From Felis catus (lineage: Eukaryota), in the NCBI RefSeq assembly GCF_018350175.1, contig NC_058368.1, positions 6,634,001 through 6,698,000 of the forward strand: a DNA stretch of 64,000 nt, written 5' to 3'. Under the pieces are notes generated by a model, which was not told the DNA's origin, did not search any database, and worked only from the letters and a program-made list of their open reading frames with translations. Positions 50,748 to 63,191 of the stretch are shown here, piece after piece; within the stretch, counting starts at the first letter, position 1; each line of letters begins with the position of its first letter. A program made the translations under genes and the position numbers.

Positions 50748-52014
50748 TGGCAAAGATACTTTAAATTGAAATAACAACAAGTTTTGGAAATATAAACCAA
50801 TCAGACACCATCTGAGTATAATATTAGAAGAAATTAGTGGCGGCCTAAGAGACTTGAAATTGCACAGGCAGTAAGGCCTATTGGCGCTCTGGGCTGGGGG
50901 GATAACATATCAGTCTGAGATAGACAACAGCCATGGCCTTGGCCTCCACAACCAGACCACAGAAACTGACCCACAGGAGATCCAGGCTCATGGTGGAGGC
51001 TTCAAATGCGCATCTTTAAATAATCGTGATTAAATGCACAAGGAATTAAACGCTAAGACGGTGAGTTTTAGCAGGAAACCACAAGGCTTAAAAAGAAGCG
51101 TGTGAGTTCGAGCCCCACGTTGGGTATAAAGATTACTTAAAATTAAACAACAACAACAACAACAACAACAAAAACCACCTTAAAAAAAATTAAGGTAACC
51201 TCAAAATAGTTCCAGACATCAAAACCTGAGAAAATTGGTTTCTGGCATACACAGACTAAAGACTATTCTTTAGACAGAAAAAAATAATAATCTCCAGTGG
51301 ACGCATGGAAATGCAAGGAAGAATGAAGAGCCCTGGAAAGTGTGGCTAGAATAACAGTAATCTAAGAAATCTAACATCACCCTTGCCATTCCCATGTTTC
51401 CACCATATGCCTGGAAACAACGCTGTTGGTCACTAAATAAAACTTATAATTCGTTATTGGGTAATGAGTGGTCATTTATCCCATGGCTTTTTACACTGCC
51501 TCCTCAGGATGTTTACCTGGGAAAATGCCACATTGCAAAGTCCAAGTATCTGCATATTTACAATTTTTCCTAAAGAAAAAAAAAATGTTTCGTTATAAAG
51601 TTTCCCTTCATAAAAAAAAAAAAAAGAAAAATTTGGGTTCAGGAATCACAAAGCAAAAGACCCTAACGGCATCTGCCCCTCACGGGGCTGCGGTAGGGAA
51701 TAAAAAGTGTTTATTCCACTACCTGGCACGCGGTTATTAATTATTGGTTATTAATAACTGGTTCCCAAACCCATTTTTCCAAGCCTTCCCTGGAGGGCAG
51801 AGTACAGCAAGGGTATGAACAATTAAGAAGTGAAATGAAAAGGAGACCACAGACTTGCAGGCTTTTAAAATGTGCACAGCTAGAACAGGACGGTACGTCA
51901 CATCCTCGTGTGCGTCTACTTTCCGGGGAGAAAGGTCTTGAAACCTTGGTCTCCAGCGTGGAAGAGGAGGCCTGCGGCGAAGGAGGGGGTTGGGCGACCT
52001 CAAGAGGTGGCCGT

Positions 52015-52033
52015 GGGGCACCCTCTAGTGGTG
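52015..52033 (-). promoter_or_regulatory. CTCF-like motif
   Basis: Minus strand CCACTAGAGGGTGC (52018-52031). Confidence 0.5.
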
Positions 52034-54234
52034 GATTGTGGTAACTGCTGCCTCCTCGGCGCCCGAGCCCAGAGTGGAAACCGAATGTATTGAAGGACCA
52101 CTCAAGGGGGAGGGGCCGAGATGACGGCGCCGCGGGGAAGTTCTCCGCTTCTCTCCTCCCTGAAACGCAGCGAGATCAGCACCAAGCCGTTTTGCACACC
52201 CAGAAAGTTAATCTGGGGATGAGCACAAGAATCTGCGTGACTGGAGCCACAGAACTCGGCAGGAATACTCAAGGATATCACCTTCCAGCGTTGGCGGTGA
52301 GCTGTGTGGTTTGGGGGTGCGGGGGGGGGGGGGCTCTTTTTCAAGAACCACGGGTGGCCTGCCGGCCTCTTGGGGACCACCGTCTTGCAAGACGATCCAG
52401 AGGAACACCACGTTGAGGAGAAAGGCCACAGCACTGCTGAGTGGACAGCGGGCATTTGGGGACCTACGGGGGTTTCTAATGAAATTACATTCTTTACACA
52501 CATGGGGGCAACGACACCTTTGTCATTGACCCAGGGCAAGGTCTTCATCCCCATAGACTGGCAGGCCAGGCATCATACCAAAGACACCAGAGGGCACAAG
52601 ATACGCTCCTAGGAGCTGACAGGCCATGAGGTGACATCCGCGGGGAGGGTTACGTCCATAATAATGGTAACAATAGGGGCAATTAGCCGCTTAGCAGGCC
52701 TTCAATATGGGCCGGACCCTGCGTCAGCACCTGACCCGGATTTGCTCACTCCCCAAGGCAGTGCCAGTGCCGTATCACCGAGGTACCATTCATCATCAAT
52801 CCCACTTTACAGATGATCACGCCGAGGCAGGGAGAAGCTCGGTCACTTGCCCCAAGCCACGTGATCGGGGTGGCGCAGCGGGCACCTGTGTCCGGGTCAC
52901 CCTGGCCGAGTGCACGCTGTGTCCCTTTTAGCTGACTCTTCTTCTCCTCACCCTCATACTTCCTACTCGAAGGACCTCCAAAGAAAGGAAAGGTCCGTCC
53001 TGAAAACTTCCCTGCCGGCAGACGATGAGGCCATGGCCGGGTGCAGCAGTGGTGAACCAGCCCCTGGGGTCAGGGTTCCTGGGGCTGGGCTCTGGCTGGG
53101 GGGCCTGGGGGAGCTGGAAGCTTTGCCCCCGCTTCAATTTGTGTGGGCACAAAAGGCGGCTGACAATCGCTCCCTCAAAGGATCGATGTGAAGCGTGAAT
53201 GAATTCCTGCATCAGGTTCACGGTAAAAGGTCAGTAAACAGGGTTCATTGTCCTGCCCTGGCAGCCAGTGCTGCGGGGAAAAAAAGAAAGACAAGGCAAG
53301 TCTGAGTTAAGAGTCGAACGATGCAATGCGCACGGGTGGACAGCTTCCCTGTCCTGCAAGACAGATTCCACCTGGTTCAGAGAGGAAATAAAGAGAAATC
53401 TCAGGGGCCCAGTCTAAGCGGGCACAACAAGAACCATGAGCCATCAATCAGACTTTAACACACGGTGAACCTTAATAAAAGGACCCTCTGTTATGATATC
53501 GAGTCCTCAGGGTCTTCTAGCCAGGGCAGTAACCACTGGGGGATACAAATGTCAAATATTTTTCCATGTCAGGGCCTTGGAGCAGCAGCAGCTTTCGGGG
53601 TCGACACATACAGTTGTGCAGTCAGTGCACTGCACAGTGGCACCCATTCGAGGGAAAATGTGAGGGCTGACATTGGACCCATGCCAGATTCCATGCCAGT
53701 CTCCTTGGCAAGAGTCTGTATCCCACCTGGAGGAAGGGGGTCCTTTATCCAGTCGTTCTGCCCAAAAGGCCATGTCTTGGAAATTCACATACACCCAAAA
53801 GACATAGAATGATTGAGGTTCCTCATGGTTGGCATCTTAGGGATTCTTCCAGATGCATCTGTGGGGCCTAGGTCTTGAAAGAACATCACCCCTGGGTCCT
53901 GCCCCGTCTTCAGGGAAGTCTTGATGGAGGACTGCAGGACTTGGTGGGGACAGGGCCACTCCCCATCGGAGGTGCACAGGTGACCGGGAGAGGGAAGGGT
54001 GGGGGACGGTGTGGTCATGAGGAAGAGGTGGGCCGGAGACAGGGGCCCTGATAATCATGATGATTATAACACATCATGGACAGTATGAATGCCAGCAACG
54101 GCGATTCAAACAAAGCAACAACTATGAGGGAGGTTAGTCACATCTTCTTGAGCGAGTTGCCATTGCGATATGACAGCTATTATAATAAATGGGAAGATAT
54201 TTTGCTTAAGCGACCCGAGAGAGAAGAAAGAAAA

Positions 54235-54253
54235 CTGCCAGTAGGGGGCGGTA
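54235..54253 (+). promoter_or_regulatory. CTCF-like motif
   Basis: CTGCCAGTAGGGGGCGGTA matches the CTCF core. Confidence 0.6.
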
Positions 54254-57200
54254 GTGCGCCACGAACCAGAAGGAAGGATGGGAGGGTTGTGCAGGACCCT
54301 CCTCTCCCGAAATCCCCAGCCCTCCCGAGAGCCCCCAGCCCCAGACCCCAGGTCTCCGGGGCGCCTCGAGAGGGAAACCCCAGCGTGGCTGTCGGGCAGG
54401 GAGGAGTTGGCCGAGCGCATCCGCCAGCGAAGGGGAGCCGAACTGTGTGGCTGGGAAGGTGGACGCTGGGACCAGCCTCGAGGCCTTGTTTCCCTGCGGG
54501 CCGGCCTTCGAGCTGCAGGTGCTAATTCCAGGAAATGAGAAAAAGCCGAAGAGCCACTTTAAAGGGTCATTTCAGAGACCAAAAAATAAAGGTCTAAAAC
54601 AAAGGGAACACTCGACATGGGGTAGCCATTGTTGTCATTATCTGCTCATGACATCATCCCTTAAAAATTGTAAAATATCCCCTCCTTTGGCCTGAAACCT
54701 GATAAAGTTGGGACATCGCGGAAAACAAAGCCCAGGCAACTGCCAGTCGCCTGCCGATGAGAACGGCGGCCGAAGATGATGCGACAGGGCAGGAACGCAG
54801 CCAGAGACAGTGAGCAGTCTGCTGGCTGTTGGTGCTGGGCGCCTATGTCTCCACCCTGGTGCCTCGTATTACAAAACGGGCCAGGATGGACCCTGAGGCC
54901 CGAAGGTGACAATCAGGTCAGGGGCACAGGAGCAGAGGTATATATAATAAGTTTATCGGTAGAGAGAAGCTTCTGGGTTCCGGGCCGGGGGCACTGCGGA
55001 TTGGAGGTGAAGTTCCGGAAGGATGAGGCCGTTCCCGAGCACCAGCCTGGAGCAGGGTGGCCAGGCCCAGTTGCTGGTGGTGCTCACTCCCCACGGCAGT
55101 GCCGGTCTGACTGAGCACAAGGACCATGACCCTGGCCTCCCCACTGCTCAGAGAAAGGCCGAGAGGGACTGGGAGAAAGCCAGTCAGAGAGGCTGTGGAC
55201 GTGCAGGAATGTGGGGCTGGGGGTCAGCAGTGCAGGGGGGCACCGGGGTGTGCGGGGTGGTGGGGTTCCGGTCACAGCCACTTCTGCCTCTGGTTTTAGG
55301 AGGGGTCACTTAGCAACCAAGCAGGCTCCCTCTGGGTTCTTTGGGCCTGTGCACCTGCCACACCAGGCCCCACCAGGGCCCCTTTAGAAGAACCGCTCCC
55401 CCCCCCAGGGCAGCTCCCCAAAGAGAATGGCCCCAACCTTCAGTATGACACATAGGGCCACCAAGTGAGCCTTCAGCAGGCCCCGGGTTGACACCACGTA
55501 AGTCTCATCTGAAACAGCTGTCCCTGGGCCCCCTCCTGCTGTGGCTAAGCCTGCTCACCCTGCCGGGTCCTGCTCTTTTGAGCAGGGTGCCCCTTGGACC
55601 CTGAGCTGCCTGAGGGCAGTGGCTCAGGATTTAGACGACAGCCTCTGCTTCCTTCCTCTGTGGCTGCCTCTGCCAGTAACGGGCCGGCGCTGGGAGCTGA
55701 CGGCCATCTGACAAACGCCGTCCTGTTTCCACACAGGTTTCCCGTCCTAAGGCGACAAGGCACGGGCTGTAAGAAGCGCTAACACGCTCTGTGACAACGG
55801 TCCCGGCTGGGTTTCGTTCGCTCCGTCGTTCCCTGTCGTCCCACGGCACGAACTGCCACCAGGTGACCATCAGAACCATGTCTTCTCCTCGCCGCGTGAC
55901 GACGTGATCTCCCGGGCTCCTTCCCGGTTAGATGTGGTCGTGGGGGCGGGACTGAGACACCCACTCGGCCGGGCCCGTCAAACCTTCGTGTGGACCGGCC
56001 GGCTGACACACAGGAGTACAAATCCCTGGTGCAGAAAAATGAGAAGCCACCTGACAGGAGGCTCCTGCGACCCTGAATCACCGCTTGCCGGAGGGCGCGT
56101 CCTCCAGCTGGAATAAACCATTCTGGAGGCGGAAATAAACTTCTGCGACGTTTGAGCCATAGCAGATTTGGGGGGGGGGTCACCGAGCAGACCCTTTGAG
56201 TTGCGGAGGAAGGCCACGTCGCCAGAGGCAGGGAAGTAGCTCCCTCTCCTTAGTGGAGCCTGCAAAGCCCTCTGGACACTGACCGCCTGCACACGAGATG
56301 CCAAGGGACTAAAGGCAGGAGCCGCCAATGGTGTGGTCAGACCCAGCAGCCCAGAATCCCGTGAAGACACCTCAGCCCCGCACTTCACCATGGCACCAGC
56401 CCATCCAGACACTGGTCTCCCTAGACCCCCACAGCCGCCCCGCCGATCGAGATCCACCCTGTGAGCGCTGTTCCTGAACCATCGGCGGCGCCCCTCATTC
56501 TCATCAAATGGCCTTGTGTGCAAGCGTTTCCCCTCTTTCCTCGTTCCCTGTTCACTCCGAACCTACCGCCACCTTTACTCCACCCCAAGCTCCACAAGAG
56601 TGGGAACAGCTTTCGTGAGCAAAGGTCCCAGATTTGCAACCCCCCCCCCCCCGACTTCGGTCTCCATCCTTCTTGACCCCTTGGCAAGACAGCGGCAGGG
56701 GGAGGGGCAGCCTTGTTGTTGGACCGTTGGTCTTTTGAGGGTGTTGAACTCTGGGGTCCCTCATTCTCAGCACTGTCTGTATGACTTTCAGTCTTGGTGT
56801 ATCATCTGCTTGGAAGGCTCGGAAGAATCTACACCACGCTGGAGGGAGGCCCAGAGCAGTGGCACCAAGAATCAGGGACGCTGGGAGCCATGGTCTTTTA
56901 GAAAAAAGAGAGAAGAGATGCTGTTCAGCCCAGCTGACTAGGGTAGGAAGGAAGCAGCGATAAAGGGAAAATCGCATGACCAGGAGGAGCAAATGTGAGT
57001 CGCGCACGTAGCCGGATCATCGCAGGGCACTCTCCCTGCAAAATCTAAGCTACGTAGGTGGGTCCTAGAGACCATTTTGGTTTTTTGTTTCGGTTTTTGA
57101 GTTGTGATGGGAACCCCTTGTGGTTGCAGGTGTTCTTGTCTCTTTCATCTTTTGAGCACACCCCTGCTTTGTTATTCTTTTAGCCTCTCTACTATCGGCT

Positions 57201-57440
57201 CTGTTTCTTACGTTCACTATCTTATGAAAATGGTATTTATTATTACCTACTATGGGTACCACCAAGCAGAGAAACCGTAACGCTGAAGAGGGTTGACGTG
57301 GTCCCTGCCCCTCTTCCTTCTCCCGCCAAGCTCCAATCCGTCTGGTTCCATTTCTACCTGCCACTGCCCCAGCCCATGATCCTCCCACTAACTATCCCTC
57401 CCTGTGTCCAAAAAGCCCCTTTCGCTCACTCCCTCAGCAA

Positions 57441-58055
57441 CAGATGACCCTTGAACGACACGGGTTTGAACTGCATGGATCGACTTCTATGTGGATTTTT
57501 TTTTTTTTTGATAAATACAGTATCGTACTGTCAATGTATTTTCCCGTCTTAATGATTTTCTTCATAGCACTTTCTTTTCTCTAGCGTGCTTTATTTTAAG
57601 AATAGAATACACATAACATACAAAATACATATTAATCGACGGTTTATGCTGTTGGTAAGGCTTCCAGTCAACAGTAGGCTACTAGTAGTTATGTTGGGGG
57701 GGGAGTCAAAACTTATACACAGATTTTTGACTGAATGGGGGTCAGCATCCCTTTTTTTTAAATTAATATATTATTTTGAGAGAGAGAGAGAGAGAGAGAT
57801 TGAGCAGAGGAGGGGCAGAGAGAGAGGAGGAGAGAGAGAGAGATTGAGCAGAGGAGGGGCAGAGAGAGAGGGGGAGAGAAAGAGAATCCCAAGCAGGCTC
57901 CGTACTGTTAGCATGGAACTGGACGTGGGGCTCGAACTCACAAAATTGTGAAATCATGACCTGAGCCGAAACCGAGTCAGGCACTCACCGACTGAGCCAG
58001 CCAGGCACCCCAGGGGTCCGCATCCTTAACCTCTGTGTTGTCCAAAGGTTGACTA
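57441..58055. mobile_element. Tigger2-like non-autonomous TcMar element split by a minus-strand Can-SINE (about 57752-58011)
   Basis: Diverged TIRs cagatgacccttgaacgacac and gtgttgtccaaaggttgact; SINE TSD ggggtcagcatcc / ggggtccgcatcc. Confidence 0.85.
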
Positions 58056-58301
58056 TATATAATGAGTACCATCGGTGTGGCAAACCCTCTTTGGGGTCTG
58101 GAGTACAGAAATGAACAAGACTGATGAGTTCCCATCTTTCAGTGGCCTGACACGTTAATGATCTTGAAGAACCTCAACATTCGCACCAAATACGGCGCGT
58201 TCTATATTCTGATTAATTTGGAAACTAGAATGAACAGACCTTCGGCTGAAACTGATCCAGCTTTGGGGGACTGGAGAAGGCAGAAGGGAAGAGTATGTGG
58301 G

Positions 58302-58341
<40 letters not shown>

Positions 58342-58543
58342 ATTTCCTGAGAGCCTATCAAGTCACTGGGCTGGTAGATGTGAATAAATGCAGACATAAT
58401 GTTTGTGGTTTTCAGGAAGATATTTGACGACATTTCATGGAGAATATTTTTGGTCAAAATGAAGGAATTCAAGATAGTGATACAGGTAGGTGTATTAATA
58501 ACCGTTTCTGTCATACTCAGACTGTTGATTAAAAGTTTCATTA

Positions 58544-58760
58544 GGGGCGCCTGGGCGGCTTAGTCAGTTAAGCATCCAACTTCAGCTCAGGTCACGAGCT
58601 CGTGGTTTGTGACTTCGAACCCCGCGTCGGGCTCTGTGCTGACCTCTCAGAGCCTGGAGCCTGCTTCGGATTCTGTGTCTTCCTCTCTCTCTGCCTTTCC
58701 CCAGCTCGTGCTCTGTCTTTCTCTCTGTCTCTAAAAAATAAATAAACATTTTTTTTAAAA
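58544..58760 (+). mobile_element. Can-SINE
   Basis: Full-length head, body and tail. Confidence 0.95.
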
Positions 58761-58880
58761 GATTGATATACACCTCGTAAGCAAAAGCGTTGGCCATTTG
58801 ACTGTTGGCCAGTCCTTGATCCTGTTCCGATCCACTCAATTCCCAAAGATGCCACATATCAGCAGGCAACATAGAGTTGG

Positions 58881-58989
58881 ATGGGGCCACAGGTAGGCCT
58901 CAAGAAAGATTATTGTCCCATTTCTACTCAACAGCATGGGGCCACAGGTAGGCCTCAAGAAAGATTATTGTCCCATTTCTACTCAACAG
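58881..58989. repeat. Perfect 54-bp tandem duplication
   Basis: atggggccacaggtaggcctcaagaaagattattgtcccatttctactcaacag at 58881-58934 and 58936-58989. Confidence 0.97.
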
Positions 58990-60024
58990 GGTGCTGAAGG
59001 TTCTAGCCAGGGATTTGGGCAAGACAATGAAGGCAATGTAGATTGGAGAGGAAGAACTAAAACTCTCTGGGCACAAATGACATGTCTTTTATATAGAAAA
59101 CCATACAGCGTCAGCTAAAATCTACTAAAACTAATAAACGAATTCAGCAAGGCCAACAAGGCGAATAAGCAATAAATTTAACCAAAATAGTGCAAGACTT
59201 AGATTGTAAAAACTATGAAACATTATTGGAAAACAATTAAGATATATATACCTGGGAAAACATTCCACATTCATGGATCAGAAGACCTAATATTGTTAAA
59301 AGGGCATTAACTCCCTAAAGTGATCTATAGATTCAATAAAATCACCATCAAAATCTCAGCTGGCTTCTTTGGAGAAACTGATACGCTGATCCTAAAATTT
59401 ATATGGAAATTCAAGAAACCCAGAAGAGTAAAAAAAAAAACTTGAAAAAGAAGAACAAGGTAGTAGAACTCACACTTTCCTATTTCGAAACTTACTACAA
59501 GGGGCGCCTGGGTGGCTCAGTCGGTTAAGCGTCCGACTTCGGCTCAGGTCATGATCTCACGGTCTGTGAGTTCAAGCCCTGCGTCGGGCTCTGTGCTGAC
59601 AGCTCAGAGCCCGGATCCTGCTTCAGATTCTGTGTCTCCCTCTCTCTCTGCCCCTCCCCTGCTCACATGCTCTGTCTCTGTCTCAAAAATAAATAAAAAC
59701 ATTACTAAATAAATAAATAAATAAACAAACAAACTTACTACAAAGCTGCAGTAATTAAGTTGGTGTGGTATTGGCATTGGAAAGATATATACATCAGTGG
59801 AAAAGCATTGATAGTCCAGAAATAAATCCTCACAATTATAGTCAGTTGATTTTCATCAAGGGTACAAAATGATTCAATGTGGGAAAGAACAGTCTTTTCA
59901 ACAAACGGTGCTGGGACAACTAGACATCCACATGCAAAAGAATGAAGTCGGACCTTTACCGCACACCGAACACACAAAAAATAACCCGGAAGGGGTCAAG
60001 ACGCCAAATATAAGGGACAAAATT
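58965..60024 (+). mobile_element. L1 ORF2 (RT to C-terminal) remnant with a SINE at 59501-59730
   Basis: ttctactcaacag...ttctagccagg, ctaataaacgaattcagcaagg, ttcatggatcagaagacctaatattgttaaa; SINE TSD aaacttactacaa at 59488-59500 and 59731-59743. Confidence 0.9.
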
Positions 60025-63000
60025 GGAGAAGTCAGCATCATGGTGGCATAGGACGTCCCTCCCTTTTGTCCCCACTTCAACACCTAAAATTCAGCATCCG
60101 TCCACGAACAAAAGTGCCTCTGGGGGACTTTGGGGGACCTAGCACCACATACCAAGGGTCCCAGGAAGGGTCTCCCCCACATGTGAGTCAGGTAGCAGGC
60201 AGACGGAAGAGTACAGGCTGTGGAACTGGCAGTGGCCTGTAAACTGCTTCAGCCCCCCTTGGCCGCAGGCTGGGAGGAATTGGAGAACGCTGCCTGGGGC
60301 AGGCACCCATGGACAAGAGATCCTCTGTAGAAGTCCAGGGTTTACAGAAGATGCCTTCCAGCACTCCACTGTGCAAAGAAAGAGGAAAACACATCTGGAC
60401 CCACTGGACTAGGTAAGAGGAAATTTGCTAGAGCTACAGGACAGCAGGGATCTCTCCGGTGGGGAAAAGGGGAGAGTGTGAGTGAGAATCCAGCTTCTCG
60501 GCTGTGCAGGAGAAACCCGTGTCTTTCCCAAAGTATTAACATAGAAGCTCTGAGACGGGGGTGGGGGTGGGGGGTGGGTAAGAGGTAGGGAAAAGACTGG
60601 GAAAGAGCCAGATACAAAGATCGTAGGGCTCTAGAGGAACACAGTTCCTGCCAACTGCATTTTGGACTCCAGCGGAAAGCCCACCCGTGAGCTGCTGAAA
60701 AACACCTCACTCGCCCGAGGATCCCCCCAACTGGCCCGTGGGCATCCCCACACCCACCCCTCCCACTCTGTAGCCAGCTGTTCGTGGGCCCTCGGGAGGG
60801 CGGCAGGGAGAGTGAGCTGGAGCAGACCAGGAGGACACACAGGAAACAAGCCAGAACCTACGAGCAAAGAAGAAAACTACGATCTTGAGCTGTAGCGCCA
60901 CCTTCTGGAAAACAAAAAAAAAAGAGGTTTGTCAGTAGCCAGCCCGGGGTGTTGTAAGACGCAGAGAAGACACAAGAGCTGGAGAATTCAGCCACAAGAG
61001 GGAACGAGTGGCGTGGAACAGGTGTACCCAGACGAGGTCAGAAAAGGCTCCAGACATCAAAAGGAGCAACAAAAAGTATCTCCCACCTGAAGGCCCTTAG
61101 TAAAGATTGGAGGAGGGGACTGCTACTTGAAATGCAAAAATCACAATGTCAAACCCCAAAGAACCTGGGAATCCAGGAAACAGGGCATCACCAAAAGATC
61201 ATCCTGCAGAGGCCAGACCCAAAGACATGGAGACGTGTGCTTCACCCGATAAGAAATTCAAGATAGTTGTTCTGAGGAAGCTCGATGAACTACAAGGAGA
61301 CAGAGAAAGACAATTCAACAACATCGGGGAAACCGTACACGAACAAAAGGAGAAGTTTTAACAAAGAGATAGAAATCATAAAAAAAAAGAGCCAACCAGA
61401 AATTGTGGAGCTGAAAAACTGAATGAATGAAATGAAAAATGCCATAGAGAGCATTAATATCAGAACGGGCCAAATAGAAGATACGATCAGCGAGGCAGGG
61501 GATAGGAACTTTGAAATAACCCGGTGATAGAACAAGGAAAAAAAGAATGAGAATGAAAGTGGGGGGGGGAGGGGGGGGCGGGGAGAAAAAGGATTTTAAC
61601 CTCCAAAAAAAATTGCCTCATTAGGCAATTCGATTTCTCAGTAGAAACCTTCCAGGCCAGAAGAAATCGGAATTATATATTCAAAGTGCCAAAAGAAAAA
61701 ATATGTCAGCCAAGAATACTCCATCTGGCAAAATCATCCTTCAGAAATGAAGGAGAAATAAACACTTTCCCAGACAAAAGCTGAGGGAGTTCAGCACCAC
61801 TAGACTAGGCTGACAAGAAATGGCGAAAGGCGCTTTTCGAAATCAAACGAAAAGACACTAATTAGTCGCATAAAAACATATGAAAATATACAACACTTTT
61901 ACTTTAAAAATAAAGGTACAGTACATAGAGATATAAAAAGAAGTAAATTGTGACATCAAAAACATCAGAGTAGAGGGAGTAAAGGGGTAGAGTTTTTGTA
62001 TGTGGTTGAAATTGAGCTGCTATCAGCTTAAAACGGACTGTTCTACCTATAAGATGTTTTGGGTGAGGCTCGTGGTAACCACAAAGCAAACACCTATAGC
62101 AACGTTTCAGAGGATAAAGAGAAATTACAGAGGATAAAGAAAATTACCAATTCCCAGAGGTGGGCAGCAAGGGGGGAAAAAGGAACAATGGAACTACAAA
62201 GGAACCAGAAAGGCATTTAAAAAAATGACGTTAGTAAGTCCTTACTTATCAATAATTACTCTAAATGTAAATGGATTGAATTCTCTGATCAAAAGGCACA
62301 GTGTCTGGATGGATTAAAAAAAAAAAAAAAAAGACCCACCCATTCGCTGCCTAGAAGACTCACTTCAGCTTTAGGGACGAACACACTCTCAACACGAAGG
62401 GATAGAAAAAGATATTCTATGCAAGTAGAAACCACAAGAATGCAGGGATAGCCATAGTTATGTCGGACTAAATAGAGTGTAACCAAAATGGTAACTGAGG
62501 GAAAACGCAGATCATCGCATAATGATAAAGGGGCCAACTCATCAAGAAGATGTAACAGTTGTAAATGTATGCAAGCCAAAGTCAGGGCGCCTAAATGTGT
62601 TAAGCAAATGCTAACAGATCGGAAGGGAGGAACAGAAGCAACAAAGTGGCAGAGGACTGCAATACCCCACTTTCAGCAATGGATACATCATCCAGACAGA
62701 AAATAAACAAGGAAACATTGGGCTGGAGCCGTACTTTAGACCAAAGGGACCAAACACACATGTATATAACATTTCATCCAACAGCGGGAGGATACACATT
62801 CTTCTCAAGTACACACGGAACATCCTCCAGCCACAAAACAAGTCTTAGCAAATTGAAGAAAACCGAAATCATACAAATATCTTTCCTGAACGTAATAGAA
62901 TGAAACCAGAAATCAACAGCGAGAGCAAAACCGGAAAATTTAGAAACTGGTAGAAACTAAACAACACAGTCCTGAACCATAAGTTGAAGAAATCAAAAGA

Positions 63001-63157
63001 GAAATTGAAAAATCACAAAACAGGGGCGCCTGGGTGGCTCGGTCAGTTAAGCATCCAACTTTGGTTCAGGTCATGACCTCGCGGTTTGTGAGTTCGAGCC
63101 CCACATCAGGCTCTGTGCTGGCAGGTCAGAGCCTGAAGCTTGGTTCAGATTCTGTGT

Positions 63158-63191
<34 letters not shown>

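Noticed and set aside
61790..61810. TTCAGCACC RE1 left half-site
   Set aside because: Lies in an L1 ORF1 remnant and lacks the GGACAG right half.
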